A DNA stretch of 25,724 bases, from IMG/VR virus record IMGVR_UViG_2778261058_000001; one strand, 5' to 3'. Below, in pieces: positions 8,945 through 17,188 of this stretch. Below the pieces are notes generated by a model that was not told where the DNA came from, made no database searches, and saw only the letters and a program-made list of their open reading frames with translations. Origin of the DNA: a virus. Its lineage: Duplodnaviria; Heunggongvirae; Uroviricota; Caudoviricetes. The translations under genes were made by a program, and so were the position numbers. How positions within the stretch are numbered: the first letter of the stretch is position 1; each line of letters starts with the position of its first letter.

Positions 8945-9414
8945 GGCATCACCTGACAGTGAAGCTGATGCGCCTGAGCCACCCAGATTTCAGGCTTTTC
9001 CAGCTGGTAACGTTTCCCGCCTCTGGGGATGGGGCCGTTTTCGTCCTCAACCAGGGTGATGGGATCAACCAGCGGCAGACTGATTTCCAGCCATGCCACT
9101 TCATTTTCATCATCCACTTCGACGTCAACGGCTGGCGCATCCGGTGCCAGGCGCTGGCGCAGGTCGCCGCCGTTGTCTGCCAGCCAGGCTTCAACCAGAG
9201 AAAACACCAAATCCGGATTCAGTTTGCGGTAGGGCCATGCGTCCCATCGCAGAAAAGCCGTATATTTTCGAACCTGCGTACATAATTGCCCGTGCCCCAG
9301 CGACTTCGTAAACGGAACGAGCGTGATGTCATCCATGTCACTGGTGAACGGAATGCGTGCGCGTGCCGGCAGATTGTTTTCAATGAATGCCGTCAGGCTG
9401 GCGAGTTGCGTCAT
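8941..9414 (-). CDS. tail completion protein, P2 gpR-like (mainly positional)
   Basis: 157-aa acidic ORF immediately after the head completion gene and before the S-like gene, as R is in P2; sequence similarity to gpR is only weakly recognisable. Confidence 0.45.
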   Translation of the reverse strand: MTQLASLTAFIENNLPARARIPFTSDMDDITLVPFTKSLGHGQLCTQVRKYTAFLRWDAWPYRKLNPDLVFSLVEAWLADNGGDLRQRLAPDAPAVDVEVDDENEVAWLEISLPLVDPITLVEDENGPIPRGGKRYQLEKPEIWVAQAHQLHCQVMP

Positions 9415-9423
9415 ACCATTTCC

Positions 9424-9918
9424 TTAATCAATCAGCGCGATGGATGCACGCGGTCGGCCCAGCAGCGCCCGCACCGCCATTGCCGCTTCAGCCAGCAACG
9501 TCCGGCGGCTCTCGCTGGCTTCTGATGAGGGCTGCGCCTCGCGTCGCCCCACGCTGGCAGATTCCGGCAAAAGATCAGCCTTTGCGCGGGCATACACAGC
9601 CTTGGTGTACAGTGCTGTAATGTGGTTCTGCATCCGTTCAGGTTGTGCATCCGTATTGCGCGGCTCTGGTTGCAACACGGTGTACCCCGGAATATCAGCG
9701 GCCCGGATGTGGCCCTGTTCCTGCCAGTATTCACGGCGTGCAGCCAGTTCAGTGTTAATCTCTGTTACCGCGCAAAGCAGCGCCGTCAGCACCGTTTCGT
9801 GTGACGTGACGGCGGGGATGCTGCGGCTCTTTTCAAAATCGCCGGCATCAATATCCGGCCAGAATCCATCGTTCTGAATAATGGCCTGCTGATAGTGAAT
9901 GCTTTTCCCGTCAAACAT
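9424..9918 (-). CDS. L: head completion protein, P2 gpL-like
   Basis: Track ORF 9424..10113 trimmed to the ATG at 9918..9916 (MFDGKSIHYQQAIIQNDGFWPDIDAGDF...), giving 165 aa (P2 L is about 169). Motif FWPDID...TEINTELAARREYWQEQ parallels P2 L (FFFPDID...ETNAELYEYREQ) from memory. Confidence 0.7.
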   Translation of the reverse strand: MFDGKSIHYQQAIIQNDGFWPDIDAGDFEKSRSIPAVTSHETVLTALLCAVTEINTELAARREYWQEQGHIRAADIPGYTVLQPEPRNTDAQPERMQNHITALYTKAVYARAKADLLPESASVGRREAQPSSEASESRRTLLAEAAMAVRALLGRPRASIALID

Positions 9919-10016
9919 GCTCACTCCGGGGAAAGGCGGGCTGACCGGTTTCCGCAGTGTGCTGATGGCTTTTGCCGGCACACCTCCACCGCGCCCGCCC
10001 GGTTGTTGGGAGTCGT

Positions 10017-10727
10017 TTACGTGCCCTGCAACGCGCGCAGTCTTGCGGCAATGCGCTGGCGCAGAGTTTTCACCTGAATTTTTGGATGCAGCCAGGCAGC
10101 CCGTTCCAGACACTGGTCGGCCTGTTGCAGTCTCTCCGGATCGTTAATTGCACTGGCCAGCGGTTTACCGTCATCGCCGCGCAGCAGCAGGACGCCTGCA
10201 AAGCGCCAGTAGCGGGCAGCAAGGCGTTCATTCACGCGCCATTTGTCACGGATTTTTTCAAACACCTGCTGAAAATATGGCGCGATACTGTTCCCACGTT
10301 CAGCTTCGGTTTCTGCCCATTCAAGAATGAAATGGGCCACAAACGTTGGCAGCTCGCTTTTGAAGTTCTCCGGCGTCTTTTGCCCCTGCTCAATGGCAAT
10401 GTCAGCCCACCGCAGCGCCATCTCAAACTGCCCGGTATCGAACAGCCAGATGATGCAGTACACCAGAATGGGATTCTGATAGACGCGTTCCCCCTCCAGA
10501 TAAGCCTGTGCGTGTGGCAGCCAGCGGGGCAGCAGCGTGTTCCGTTTGAATTCCAGCTTGTCAGACAGCAGCTCCATGTTGTGCAGTTGTCTGATGTCGT
10601 TATCCAGTGCCAGCAGCTTAATGTGCTGACTCTCTGTGCTGATGGCGCTCCCGTCCGTTCTGGTCATGAGCGCCGCACGGCGCTCATCCATCTGTCGGGC
10701 GCGTTGTCGCTGCATTGGCGTTGGCAT
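10017..10727 (-). CDS. M: terminase small (endonuclease) subunit, P2 gpM-like
   Basis: 236-aa ORF following the capsid gene. Segment LLPRWLPHAQAYLEG...ILVYCIIWLFDTGQFEMALRWADIAIEQG parallels P2 M (LLPFWLPWVNGVLELG...LMTVMLWRLDTGDIAGALEIARYALKYG) from memory. Exact start codon uncertain. Confidence 0.75.
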   Translation of the reverse strand: MPTPMQRQRARQMDERRAALMTRTDGSAISTESQHIKLLALDNDIRQLHNMELLSDKLEFKRNTLLPRWLPHAQAYLEGERVYQNPILVYCIIWLFDTGQFEMALRWADIAIEQGQKTPENFKSELPTFVAHFILEWAETEAERGNSIAPYFQQVFEKIRDKWRVNERLAARYWRFAGVLLLRGDDGKPLASAINDPERLQQADQCLERAAWLHPKIQVKTLRQRIAARLRALQGT

Positions 10728-10744
10728 ACCGTGCGCTCCGTTTA

Positions 10745-11758
10745 TCAGGCGATGGTGACCGCAGACTCATCTACGGCAGCATATAAATCCGGATCGCCCA
10801 GGGCGTACCCCTCGTAACGCCAGTATGAGTTTTCGAACTGTTTGCGATCGCCCACATCTTCTGCCTTGCGGCGGCGGGAGCCTTTCAGCGTCAGGATCTG
10901 CAGGTTTGGCAGCATGGTCACCACCATACGTTTGCCCGGCATAAACGGCGGAATGATGGCCTTGCGGCCTGCAATGTTCTTTGTCAGCAACTGTGCGGCC
11001 ACTTTTTCGGTAGGCTTATCCTCTTTGTTGTAGAGGCGTAGTTCTTCAGCAGCCACAAGGTCTGCGCCGACCAGTACGGTAAGTCGTGGGTCGTTGTGAT
11101 ACTGTGCCGGGATGTAAGTGCGGATCAGGTCTGAGGCCATGGCATCAAGACCGACATAATCGCCGCCTTCGCCCAGGGTAACGGCGTCTGTCAGAATACG
11201 GGAGGTATTGCCGGGCTGTTCTCCCCACTTTTTGGCGATTTCATGCCAGCCGATGTTGACGTCTTCGCCGTTCGGATGACTTTCCGGGTCAGAGTTTTCC
11301 GCTGCTGTTTTACCGTTAAAGCCAATGCGCAGCATATCCAGCGCAAAGTTGGTGACGGCGGCGGAGTTCATCAGGTTGAAAAATTCCTGCGGGCTGCCGG
11401 CATTCGCCCAGATGGCGAGTTGTTCCCAGGTGATCACGCAGCAGGAATCAGTTTCAACGAGTTTAAATTCGTTGCCTTTGATGCCCGAACCTTTAGCGAA
11501 ACGACCGCTTTTCACGCGACCGGTGCGCAGTGTGGATTCGCCCACGGTGACGACCTGCCCCTGCGGGTGCGGAACGTCCATGCAGGTGATGAAACTCAGA
11601 AACTCCGTGCTTTCCAGCAGGGCTTTACGCAGAGCAATACTGCGTGGCTCGGTCAGCGAAAAGAAACGATCGCTTGATTTCCCGCAGTCACTGAATGTTT
11701 TTTGCAGTTCGCTGATGTACTGATTAACCAGCTTTTGTGCTTCTGGTGTCATGTTCAT
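10745..11758 (-). CDS. N: major capsid protein, P2 gpN-like
   Basis: 337 aa. Segments RIGFNGKTAAENSDPESHPNGEDVNIGWHEI and GEGGDYVGLDAMASDLIRTYIPAQYHNDPRLTVLVGADLVAAEE match P2 N motifs (MAGFNGVKRAETSDRSSNP...VGW; GKGGDYASLDAL...YQEDPDLVVIVGRQLLADK) from memory. Confidence 0.9.
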   Translation of the reverse strand: MNMTPEAQKLVNQYISELQKTFSDCGKSSDRFFSLTEPRSIALRKALLESTEFLSFITCMDVPHPQGQVVTVGESTLRTGRVKSGRFAKGSGIKGNEFKLVETDSCCVITWEQLAIWANAGSPQEFFNLMNSAAVTNFALDMLRIGFNGKTAAENSDPESHPNGEDVNIGWHEIAKKWGEQPGNTSRILTDAVTLGEGGDYVGLDAMASDLIRTYIPAQYHNDPRLTVLVGADLVAAEELRLYNKEDKPTEKVAAQLLTKNIAGRKAIIPPFMPGKRMVVTMLPNLQILTLKGSRRRKAEDVGDRKQFENSYWRYEGYALGDPDLYAAVDESAVTIA

Positions 11759-11772
11759 TGCGTTCTCTCCGG

Positions 11773-12669
11773 TTACACCAGGTTAAAAGTTTCGCCACCG
11801 GCCGGATTGTTGCCCGGCAGCTTCGTGGCGTCCTTGCTGAGTTCAGCAAATGCGGTTTCCATACTGGTAACCTTCTCCGCGATGGCGTTCACTGTGGAGA
11901 ACAACTTTTCGCCCTGCCCGGTGGTCAGCGTGAAGGTTTTGTCGTCCTTGTTGTTCTGTTCTGCGTTGTCCTGCCCCTGATCGCCGGTGCTGCCTTCCGG
12001 CTTGTTATCACCGGTATCTTTCGGGGCATCCTTCGCGCTGAACTGCGCGACGTTTTTTTCCAGCTCGTCCAGGCGTTCACTGGTTTTATTAATGGCACCC
12101 ATTAACTGGCTGAACTGTTCTTCGTTCATGGCTTGGTAAATTCCCTGTTGGTGATTGTCAGATGAGAAGAAGCGGGAGAAGAAGTTGCGCTTGGCCTGCT
12201 CATCATCAGGCTGCAGCGTAAAATTCAGCGCCTCTGCGTTGCCCATATGGATGGCTTCCCCCATGGAAAACTGCAGGCGTGTAGTGTTAATGCTGGCTGG
12301 GGTATCCGTCACGGCGATACCGGACACAAAGAATTTGCCCGTGCCCAGATAGTTTTCCCGCACTTCAATGGAGGTAAAAAGTTTCTGCCCGGCCTTATTG
12401 GCTTCAATCAGGAAGCGATTTGGGATCAGGCGTGCTTTAAGCTGCACCTTTTCACCAAATTTTTCGACTTTCAGGGCATCAACAATGCCGTAGTTATTGG
12501 TGAAGGCACGCCAGCCGGAATCGGCGTGATATGGCCAGAGCATGGCGGCTCGCTCGTCCGGGTTGTAAACCTCGGCGGCATCCGTCAGCCACTTCGGATC
12601 AATTTCCCGACCGTCGATGGTGGGGCCTGATGTGGCAACCACAACCCAGTCTGTTTTCTGCTTCGTCAT
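11773..12669 (-). CDS. O: capsid scaffolding protein, P2 gpO-like
   Basis: 298 aa. N-terminal domain (TIDGREIDPKWL...LKARLIPNRFLIEANKAGQKLFTSIEVRENYLGTGKFFVSGIAVTDTPASI) parallels P2 O; acidic coiled C-terminal half typical of scaffolds. Confidence 0.85.
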   Translation of the reverse strand: MTKQKTDWVVVATSGPTIDGREIDPKWLTDAAEVYNPDERAAMLWPYHADSGWRAFTNNYGIVDALKVEKFGEKVQLKARLIPNRFLIEANKAGQKLFTSIEVRENYLGTGKFFVSGIAVTDTPASINTTRLQFSMGEAIHMGNAEALNFTLQPDDEQAKRNFFSRFFSSDNHQQGIYQAMNEEQFSQLMGAINKTSERLDELEKNVAQFSAKDAPKDTGDNKPEGSTGDQGQDNAEQNNKDDKTFTLTTGQGEKLFSTVNAIAEKVTSMETAFAELSKDATKLPGNNPAGGETFNLV

Positions 12670-12752
12670 CTGAATTAATCCGCTGATAAAAATTAAACTG
12701 GCGTTATTTAACGGAGAAATGAAAACGTCGTCATCTGATTAATTTCCGGTAC

Positions 12753-12778
12753 TTTCGGATATGCGCATATATCCGAAA
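12753..12778. promoter_or_regulatory. perfect 10-bp inverted repeat in the divergent O/P late promoter region
   Basis: TTTCGGATAT (12753-12762), 6-bp spacer GCGCAT, ATATCCGAAA (12769-12778). Centred about 96 bp from the O start and about 99 bp from the P start. Confidence 0.45.
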
Positions 12779-12863
12779 AATACCGAAAAGCGATATTCGT
12801 TTTTAAAAAAGCCTTTGCTGAAAATGCATAAATTAAAATTGCATCAGCAGGTGAGGTTTATTT

Positions 12864-14651
12864 ATGGCGTATTCTGATGAGGTGATTGCTGCTGCAAAAT
12901 CGCTCTATCTGAAAAGGCACACACCAAAAGAAATACAAAAGAAACTCGGACTGAACAGCCCGCGAATTGTTTATTACTGGGCGACAAAGTTTGAGTGGTA
13001 CACGCAGCTCAATACGGAAGGCGTGGAAGATGTTATCGCCCGGCGTCTCGCTGTACTGGCGGAGCGTGACCATAAAACGCCGGAAGAGCACGATGAACTC
13101 GACCGCCTGATTGGTCATCACGTCAAACTAATGTCGGTCAGAAACAAGCACACGGAACGAATGGCTGAGATTGCGCGAATGGGAGTGGACATCCCCCAGC
13201 CTGGCCGTTATGGAAAAGAAGAACGCGGAGAAAAAGGTGCAGGGAAGAAAGAGCGTCCCCGCAAAACTAATGACGTTTCCGGACTGACTGCTGAAAGTTT
13301 TGAGCCGTTTACGAAGAAGTTGTTTGCTTATCAGTTGCGCCTGCGTGAAAACAAATTCCGCCGTGTACGCAACCTGCTTAAATCCCGCCAGATTGGGGCG
13401 ACGTATTACTTCGCGTTTGAGGCATTTGAAGATGCAGTATTAACCGGCGACACGCAGATATTTTTATCGGCATCAAAACGTCAGGCCGAAGTGTTCCGTA
13501 CTTATATTGTAAAAATTGCACAAACAGAGTTTGGCATTCCCATTAAAGGCAATCCGGTTAAGTTAAGTAATCTGGCTGAACTGTATTTTCTGGCGACCAA
13601 CAGTAACACAGCGCAGTCAAACAGCGGCCACCTGTATATTGATGAATACCTGTGGATCCCCGGTTTTCGCCGTCTCAATGAAGTGGCATCAGGGATGGCC
13701 ACCCATAAACACTGGCGCATTACCTATTTCTCCACGCCGTCATCCAAAACACACCAGGGTTACCCGTTCTGGTCTGGCGATGAATGGCGCAAAGGCGATC
13801 CGAAACGAAAAGGGGTTGAGTTTCCGTCCTTTGATGAGCTGCGCGATGGTGGGCGTGAATGTCCGGATGGTCAGTGGCGCTATGTGGTTACGCTGGAAGA
13901 TGCCATTGCCGGCGGCTTTAACCTTGCTGACATCAACGAGCTGCGCGAGCGATACAACGAAACAGCGTTCAATATGCTGTTTATGTGTGTGTTTGTGGAT
14001 GACAAAGAGAGCGTCTTTAAATTCGATGATCTTGTGCGCTGTGGTGTGGATGTCAGTACGTGGGAGGATTTTCACCCGGAAGAGCCCATGCCATTTGGAA
14101 ACCGTGAAGTGTGGGGTGGCTTTGACCCTGCACGCTCCGGCGATAACGCCACGTTTGTGGTGCTGGCACCGCCGCTGGTTGCGGCAGAACGATTCCGCGT
14201 GCTGGAAAAACACCACTGGCGCAGCATGTCATTCCAGTTTATGGCAGAGCGTATCCGCAGCATTAAGGCACGCTATAACATGACGTTTATCGGCATTGAC
14301 GTCACCGGTCTTGGCTACGGTGTCTTTGAGCTGGTTCAGGGATTTGCCCGCCGTGAAACAGTGGCCATTCATTACAGCGTGGAATCCAAAAACCGCCTGG
14401 TGATGAAGATGCTGGATCTGATTTACGCCAACCGTATTGAGTGGGATGAAGAAGCCACGGATATTCCGGCATCGTTCCTGGCCATTCGTCAGGAATCCAC
14501 CAACAGCGGCAATAAAGTCACTTTCACCGCCGAACGTAGCGAAGAAACCGGGCACGCTGACATCTTCTTTGCCATAGCTCATGCCGCAAGTAATGAACCC
14601 CTGAACTATAAGCACAAGCGCAAATCAACATGGATCCTGTCAGATGAGTAA
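12864..14651 (+). CDS. P: terminase large (ATPase) subunit, P2 gpP-like
   Basis: 595-aa ORF with AGGTGAGG ribosome-binding site, divergent from O and followed by the portal gene with an 8-nt overlap, which is the P2 Q/P arrangement. Confidence 0.85.
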   Translation: MAYSDEVIAAAKSLYLKRHTPKEIQKKLGLNSPRIVYYWATKFEWYTQLNTEGVEDVIARRLAVLAERDHKTPEEHDELDRLIGHHVKLMSVRNKHTERMAEIARMGVDIPQPGRYGKEERGEKGAGKKERPRKTNDVSGLTAESFEPFTKKLFAYQLRLRENKFRRVRNLLKSRQIGATYYFAFEAFEDAVLTGDTQIFLSASKRQAEVFRTYIVKIAQTEFGIPIKGNPVKLSNLAELYFLATNSNTAQSNSGHLYIDEYLWIPGFRRLNEVASGMATHKHWRITYFSTPSSKTHQGYPFWSGDEWRKGDPKRKGVEFPSFDELRDGGRECPDGQWRYVVTLEDAIAGGFNLADINELRERYNETAFNMLFMCVFVDDKESVFKFDDLVRCGVDVSTWEDFHPEEPMPFGNREVWGGFDPARSGDNATFVVLAPPLVAAERFRVLEKHHWRSMSFQFMAERIRSIKARYNMTFIGIDVTGLGYGVFELVQGFARRETVAIHYSVESKNRLVMKMLDLIYANRIEWDEEATDIPASFLAIRQESTNSGNKVTFTAERSEETGHADIFFAIAHAASNEPLNYKHKRKSTWILSDE

Positions 14652-15678
14652 AAAGAAAAAATACCCCGTGTTACACGATGGCGTGGCAAAAAAAACAGCC
14701 AGCAAAATGACGTTTATTGAATTTGGTGACCCGGAACCGGTCGCTGCATGGGGCTGTTATTACGGCTCGCTCTGGGATGGCTATAACGGCTGGTACACGC
14801 CGCCCATTGAGCGCATGGATCTCGCCATGTTGTCCAATATCGCACCGTATCACGGCGCGGTATTGCGTGCGCGCGTCAATATGATCATGCAGGGTTTTCG
14901 GGGTGGTGGTGGTATGACACACGCCGCCATGGCGGCAGCAGTAACCAATCTGCTGATATTCGGGGATATGGGGTTGCTTAAAGTGCGCAATGGCTTCGGT
15001 CGAGTGGTGCGCCTGCATACGTTACCTTCTCTGTACCTGCGGCGTAACAACGAGGGTGGCACGGTGATTGTGCAGGCGGCACTGGAAGATCTCGTTTACC
15101 CGCCAGGCGAAGTGGTGTTCGTGGCCATTTATGACCCGCAACAGCAGGTTTACGGTGTCCCGGATTATATTCACGGGATGGAATCCGCCATGCTGAATGT
15201 GGATGCCACCCGCTTTCGCCGCAAGTATTACAAGAACGGCGCACATCTTGGTTATATCCTGTATTCCACTGACCCGGACATGGATCCCGAGCTCGAGGCG
15301 GAATTCCGTAAAAAGATAGAGGCGTCAAAAGGGGCGGGCAATTTTAAATCCATGTTTATCAATATACCTGGCGGAGACAAAGAAGGCGTTAAGGTGATCC
15401 CTATCGGGGATTCAGGCACAAAAGATGAGTTCCTGAATATAAAAACCATCAGTGCCCAGGATCAGCTCGTTGCGCACCGCTTTCCACCCGGGCTTGCCGG
15501 CATCATTCCCGCAAATACGGCCGGGCTTGGTGATCCGCTGAAATCCCGAGAGGCATATTACAGAGATGAGGTTATTCCGATGCGCCGTCTGATTATGGAG
15601 GGGATCAACAGCGACCCGGATATCAGACGGCTGGGGCAGGTGGAATTTATTCTTGAATTTAACGAATCCACGGAGTGA
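14644..15678 (+). CDS. Q: portal protein, P2 gpQ-like
   Basis: 344 aa, the same length as P2 Q. Starts MSKKKKYP; segment RFRRKYYKNGAHLGYILYSTDPD matches P2 Q (LFRRKYYENGAHAGYIMYVTD) from memory. Confidence 0.85.
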   Translation: MSKKKKYPVLHDGVAKKTASKMTFIEFGDPEPVAAWGCYYGSLWDGYNGWYTPPIERMDLAMLSNIAPYHGAVLRARVNMIMQGFRGGGGMTHAAMAAAVTNLLIFGDMGLLKVRNGFGRVVRLHTLPSLYLRRNNEGGTVIVQAALEDLVYPPGEVVFVAIYDPQQQVYGVPDYIHGMESAMLNVDATRFRRKYYKNGAHLGYILYSTDPDMDPELEAEFRKKIEASKGAGNFKSMFINIPGGDKEGVKVIPIGDSGTKDEFLNIKTISAQDQLVAHRFPPGLAGIIPANTAGLGDPLKSREAYYRDEVIPMRRLIMEGINSDPDIRRLGQVEFILEFNESTE

Positions 15679-15743
15679 TGTGCGGTATGGGGAAAGAGCG
15701 GGTAAAATCGGCGGCAGTAAAACGCTGTTCCGGGAGGTGGAAA

Positions 15744-16001
15744 ATGCGCAGACAGAAAGCGCGATGTCATTGCTGCGGTGCACATGCAGTGATTGAGAAA
15801 ACAGCCTGGAAAACCGATCAGTTTGCTGATGTGTATTACCGTTGCACCCGTCTCGAGTGCGGACATACCTGGGTGATGAATCTGACCTACTCGCACACAC
15901 TGGTGCCCAGCGGGCTGGATAACGGTGTGTTAAAGCTGTTGATTGAACGGATGCGCCCGGAAGAAAAACAAATGGCGCTGGAATTGTTGCAAGCGGGTTA
16001 G
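15744..16001 (+). CDS. ogr: Ogr/Delta-family zinc-finger late transcription activator
   Basis: Track ORF 15675..16001 trimmed to the ATG at 15744, which has a GGGAGGTGG ribosome-binding site (85 aa). Contains C-x2-C-x22-C-x4-C (CHCCGAHAVIEKTAWKTDQFADVYYRCTRLEC), the exact cysteine spacing of the Ogr zinc finger. Confidence 0.75.
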   Translation: MRRQKARCHCCGAHAVIEKTAWKTDQFADVYYRCTRLECGHTWVMNLTYSHTLVPSGLDNGVLKLLIERMRPEEKQMALELLQAG

Positions 16002-16245
16002 TGTTTTTTTTTGGGGGGTAAGGTAGCGCCAACCTCTCAGTTGGCGTGGTTGGAGTCCCAGTCTAACGACGAAGTGACCAACTAGGCGGTATCAACTTTT
16101 TTTTTGGGAGCCGCCTCTGAATCCCCAAAATATTCAATACAGTCTGCAAGTGAAAAGTAACGTTTAATGAACTTAAATTCAACGATAACCGTATTTGCGA
16201 TATGGGTTCACCTTGACTACAGCGACTGACGCGCTTCGCTTGTCC

Positions 16246-16291
16246 AACCCGGAACGGGCGCACAAAGAATTTGCGCACCCGTTCCGGGTTT
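16246..16291. repeat. long imperfect inverted repeat (about 20-bp arms)
   Basis: AACCCGGAACGGGCGCACAAA / GAAT / TTGCGCACCCGTTCCGGGTT; 13 perfectly paired outer bp plus inner pairs with 2 mismatches. Lies 18 nt beyond the stop of the minus-strand gene ending at 16309; weak T-tract on the plus side. Confidence 0.5.
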
Positions 16292-16308
16292 CATTCCCTG
16301 ATATTCAG

Positions 16309-16596
16309 TCAGCGTGGATAAATTAACTTGAATTTGAGGAAGTTTTGTTTAATCCAGTCTTTAACATTTTCCCTTCCCTGAATACCTGATGGTAAGTGTT
16401 CGTGAATCATCCATTCAACAATGAGTTTTTCTTTCAGGGTGTATGCCTTAAAGGAATTAAGCATATTTAGTACTTCATAACCTTCTTTGCGGCTAAACCG
16501 ATGGCGGTCAGCAGCGGTTTTCGTGGGATCATCTCCTGGCAAAGCAGTCCAACTGTAATCGTCATAAAATAAATCGCTTCTTTTGATATCGGTCAT
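16309..16596 (-). CDS. hypothetical protein (95 aa) in AT-rich cargo islet
   Basis: ORF with AAGGATAATCAAATG ribosome-binding site; local GC visibly lower than the flanking phage genes; no family recognised. Confidence 0.5.
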   Translation of the reverse strand: MTDIKRSDLFYDDYSWTALPGDDPTKTAADRHRFSRKEGYEVLNMLNSFKAYTLKEKLIVEWMIHEHLPSGIQGRENVKDWIKQNFLKFKLIYPR

Positions 16597-16661
16597 TTGA
16601 TTATCCTTTCAGAAGAACCACCTCGCCAACCATTGTTGAGGTGGTGAAAAAGCAAAAATCG

Positions 16662-16940
16662 TTACGCAGCTTTGAGCAGAGCGCTGCTCATTGCATAGTC
16701 GTACCCAAGCATGTATGCCTCAAAGGCATCTTTATGTCTGACTGTGCCAGCCTGGCTATATGGAATATTTGCCAGGAAGGAATCATCTTTTGCTTTAGGA
16801 ATACCGATCATTGCATGAAGTACACCAAGCTCGTATGCGCAGGCTGCGCAGCGGTGGCGGCCTGTTTGCCCTTGGTTATCGGGAAGGTGTGAGTATTGGG
16901 GGTTGTATCGGTGGGAATTTTTACAAATCTTTATACCCAT
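16662..16940 (-). CDS. hypothetical protein (92 aa) in AT-rich cargo islet
   Basis: ORF with GAGGT ribosome-binding site 9 nt upstream of the ATG; contains CAACAYELGVLH; no family recognised. Confidence 0.5.
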   Translation of the reverse strand: MGIKICKNSHRYNPQYSHLPDNQGQTGRHRCAACAYELGVLHAMIGIPKAKDDSFLANIPYSQAGTVRHKDAFEAYMLGYDYAMSSALLKAA

Positions 16941-17043
16941 ATTTGATTTACCTCAATAAAATGAGGTGTTCACCTTTACATGGGCACACACAGAAAATAC
17001 GATTCTGGCGAGCTCAAGAGGTAGATGACACCTCGTTTTCTTT

Positions 17044-17080
17044 GGCGCCCCGATAGTTACCGCTATTGGGGCGTTTTCCT
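17044..17080 (+). terminator. rho-independent terminator-like hairpin, plus strand
   Basis: GGCGCCCCGATAG / TTACCG / CTATTGGGGCG gives an 11-bp stem (one G-U pair) with a 6-nt loop, followed by TTTTCCT. No annotated plus-strand gene lies upstream. Confidence 0.5.
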
Positions 17081-17166
17081 ATGCATGACACACAAACAAA
17101 GTGGTCATATCGTGATCGATCCTACAAAATCCCACACAGCTGTCAAGGGTATTGATCGTTTTAATC

Positions 17167-17188
17167 GATAGATAAATCAATATCTATC
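17167..17188. repeat. perfect palindrome GATAGATA-N6-TATCTATC in a GATC-rich AT-rich spacer
   Basis: Read directly: GATAGATA (17167-17174), AATCAA, TATCTATC (17181-17188). GATC sites nearby at about 17115, 17119, 17154 and 17198. Confidence 0.4.

Noticed and set aside
8081-9877. Several plus-strand ORFs (for example 8081..8920 and 9440..9877) across the tail-completion and head-completion region
   Set aside because: All are antisense to coupled minus-strand genes that fit P2 synteny; translations are Arg/Cys/Ser-rich.
9972-10817. 281-aa plus-strand ORF
   Set aside because: Antisense to the terminase small subunit and capsid genes, which have clear P2 homology.
12816-12849. TGCTG-N24-CAGCA dyad just upstream of the P start codon as an activator site
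   Set aside because: Only the outer 5 bp are symmetric and it sits within the expected core promoter or leader; the perfect palindrome at 12753-12778 is the stronger candidate.
13740-14216. 158-aa minus-strand ORF
   Set aside because: Lies inside and antisense to the large terminase gene.
16020-16110. Possible tRNA or tmRNA-like sequence (hairpins flanked by T-runs) as a phage attachment target
   Set aside because: No cloverleaf with acceptor stem, anticodon arm and T-loop consensus could be folded by eye; more likely terminator or cos-associated structure.
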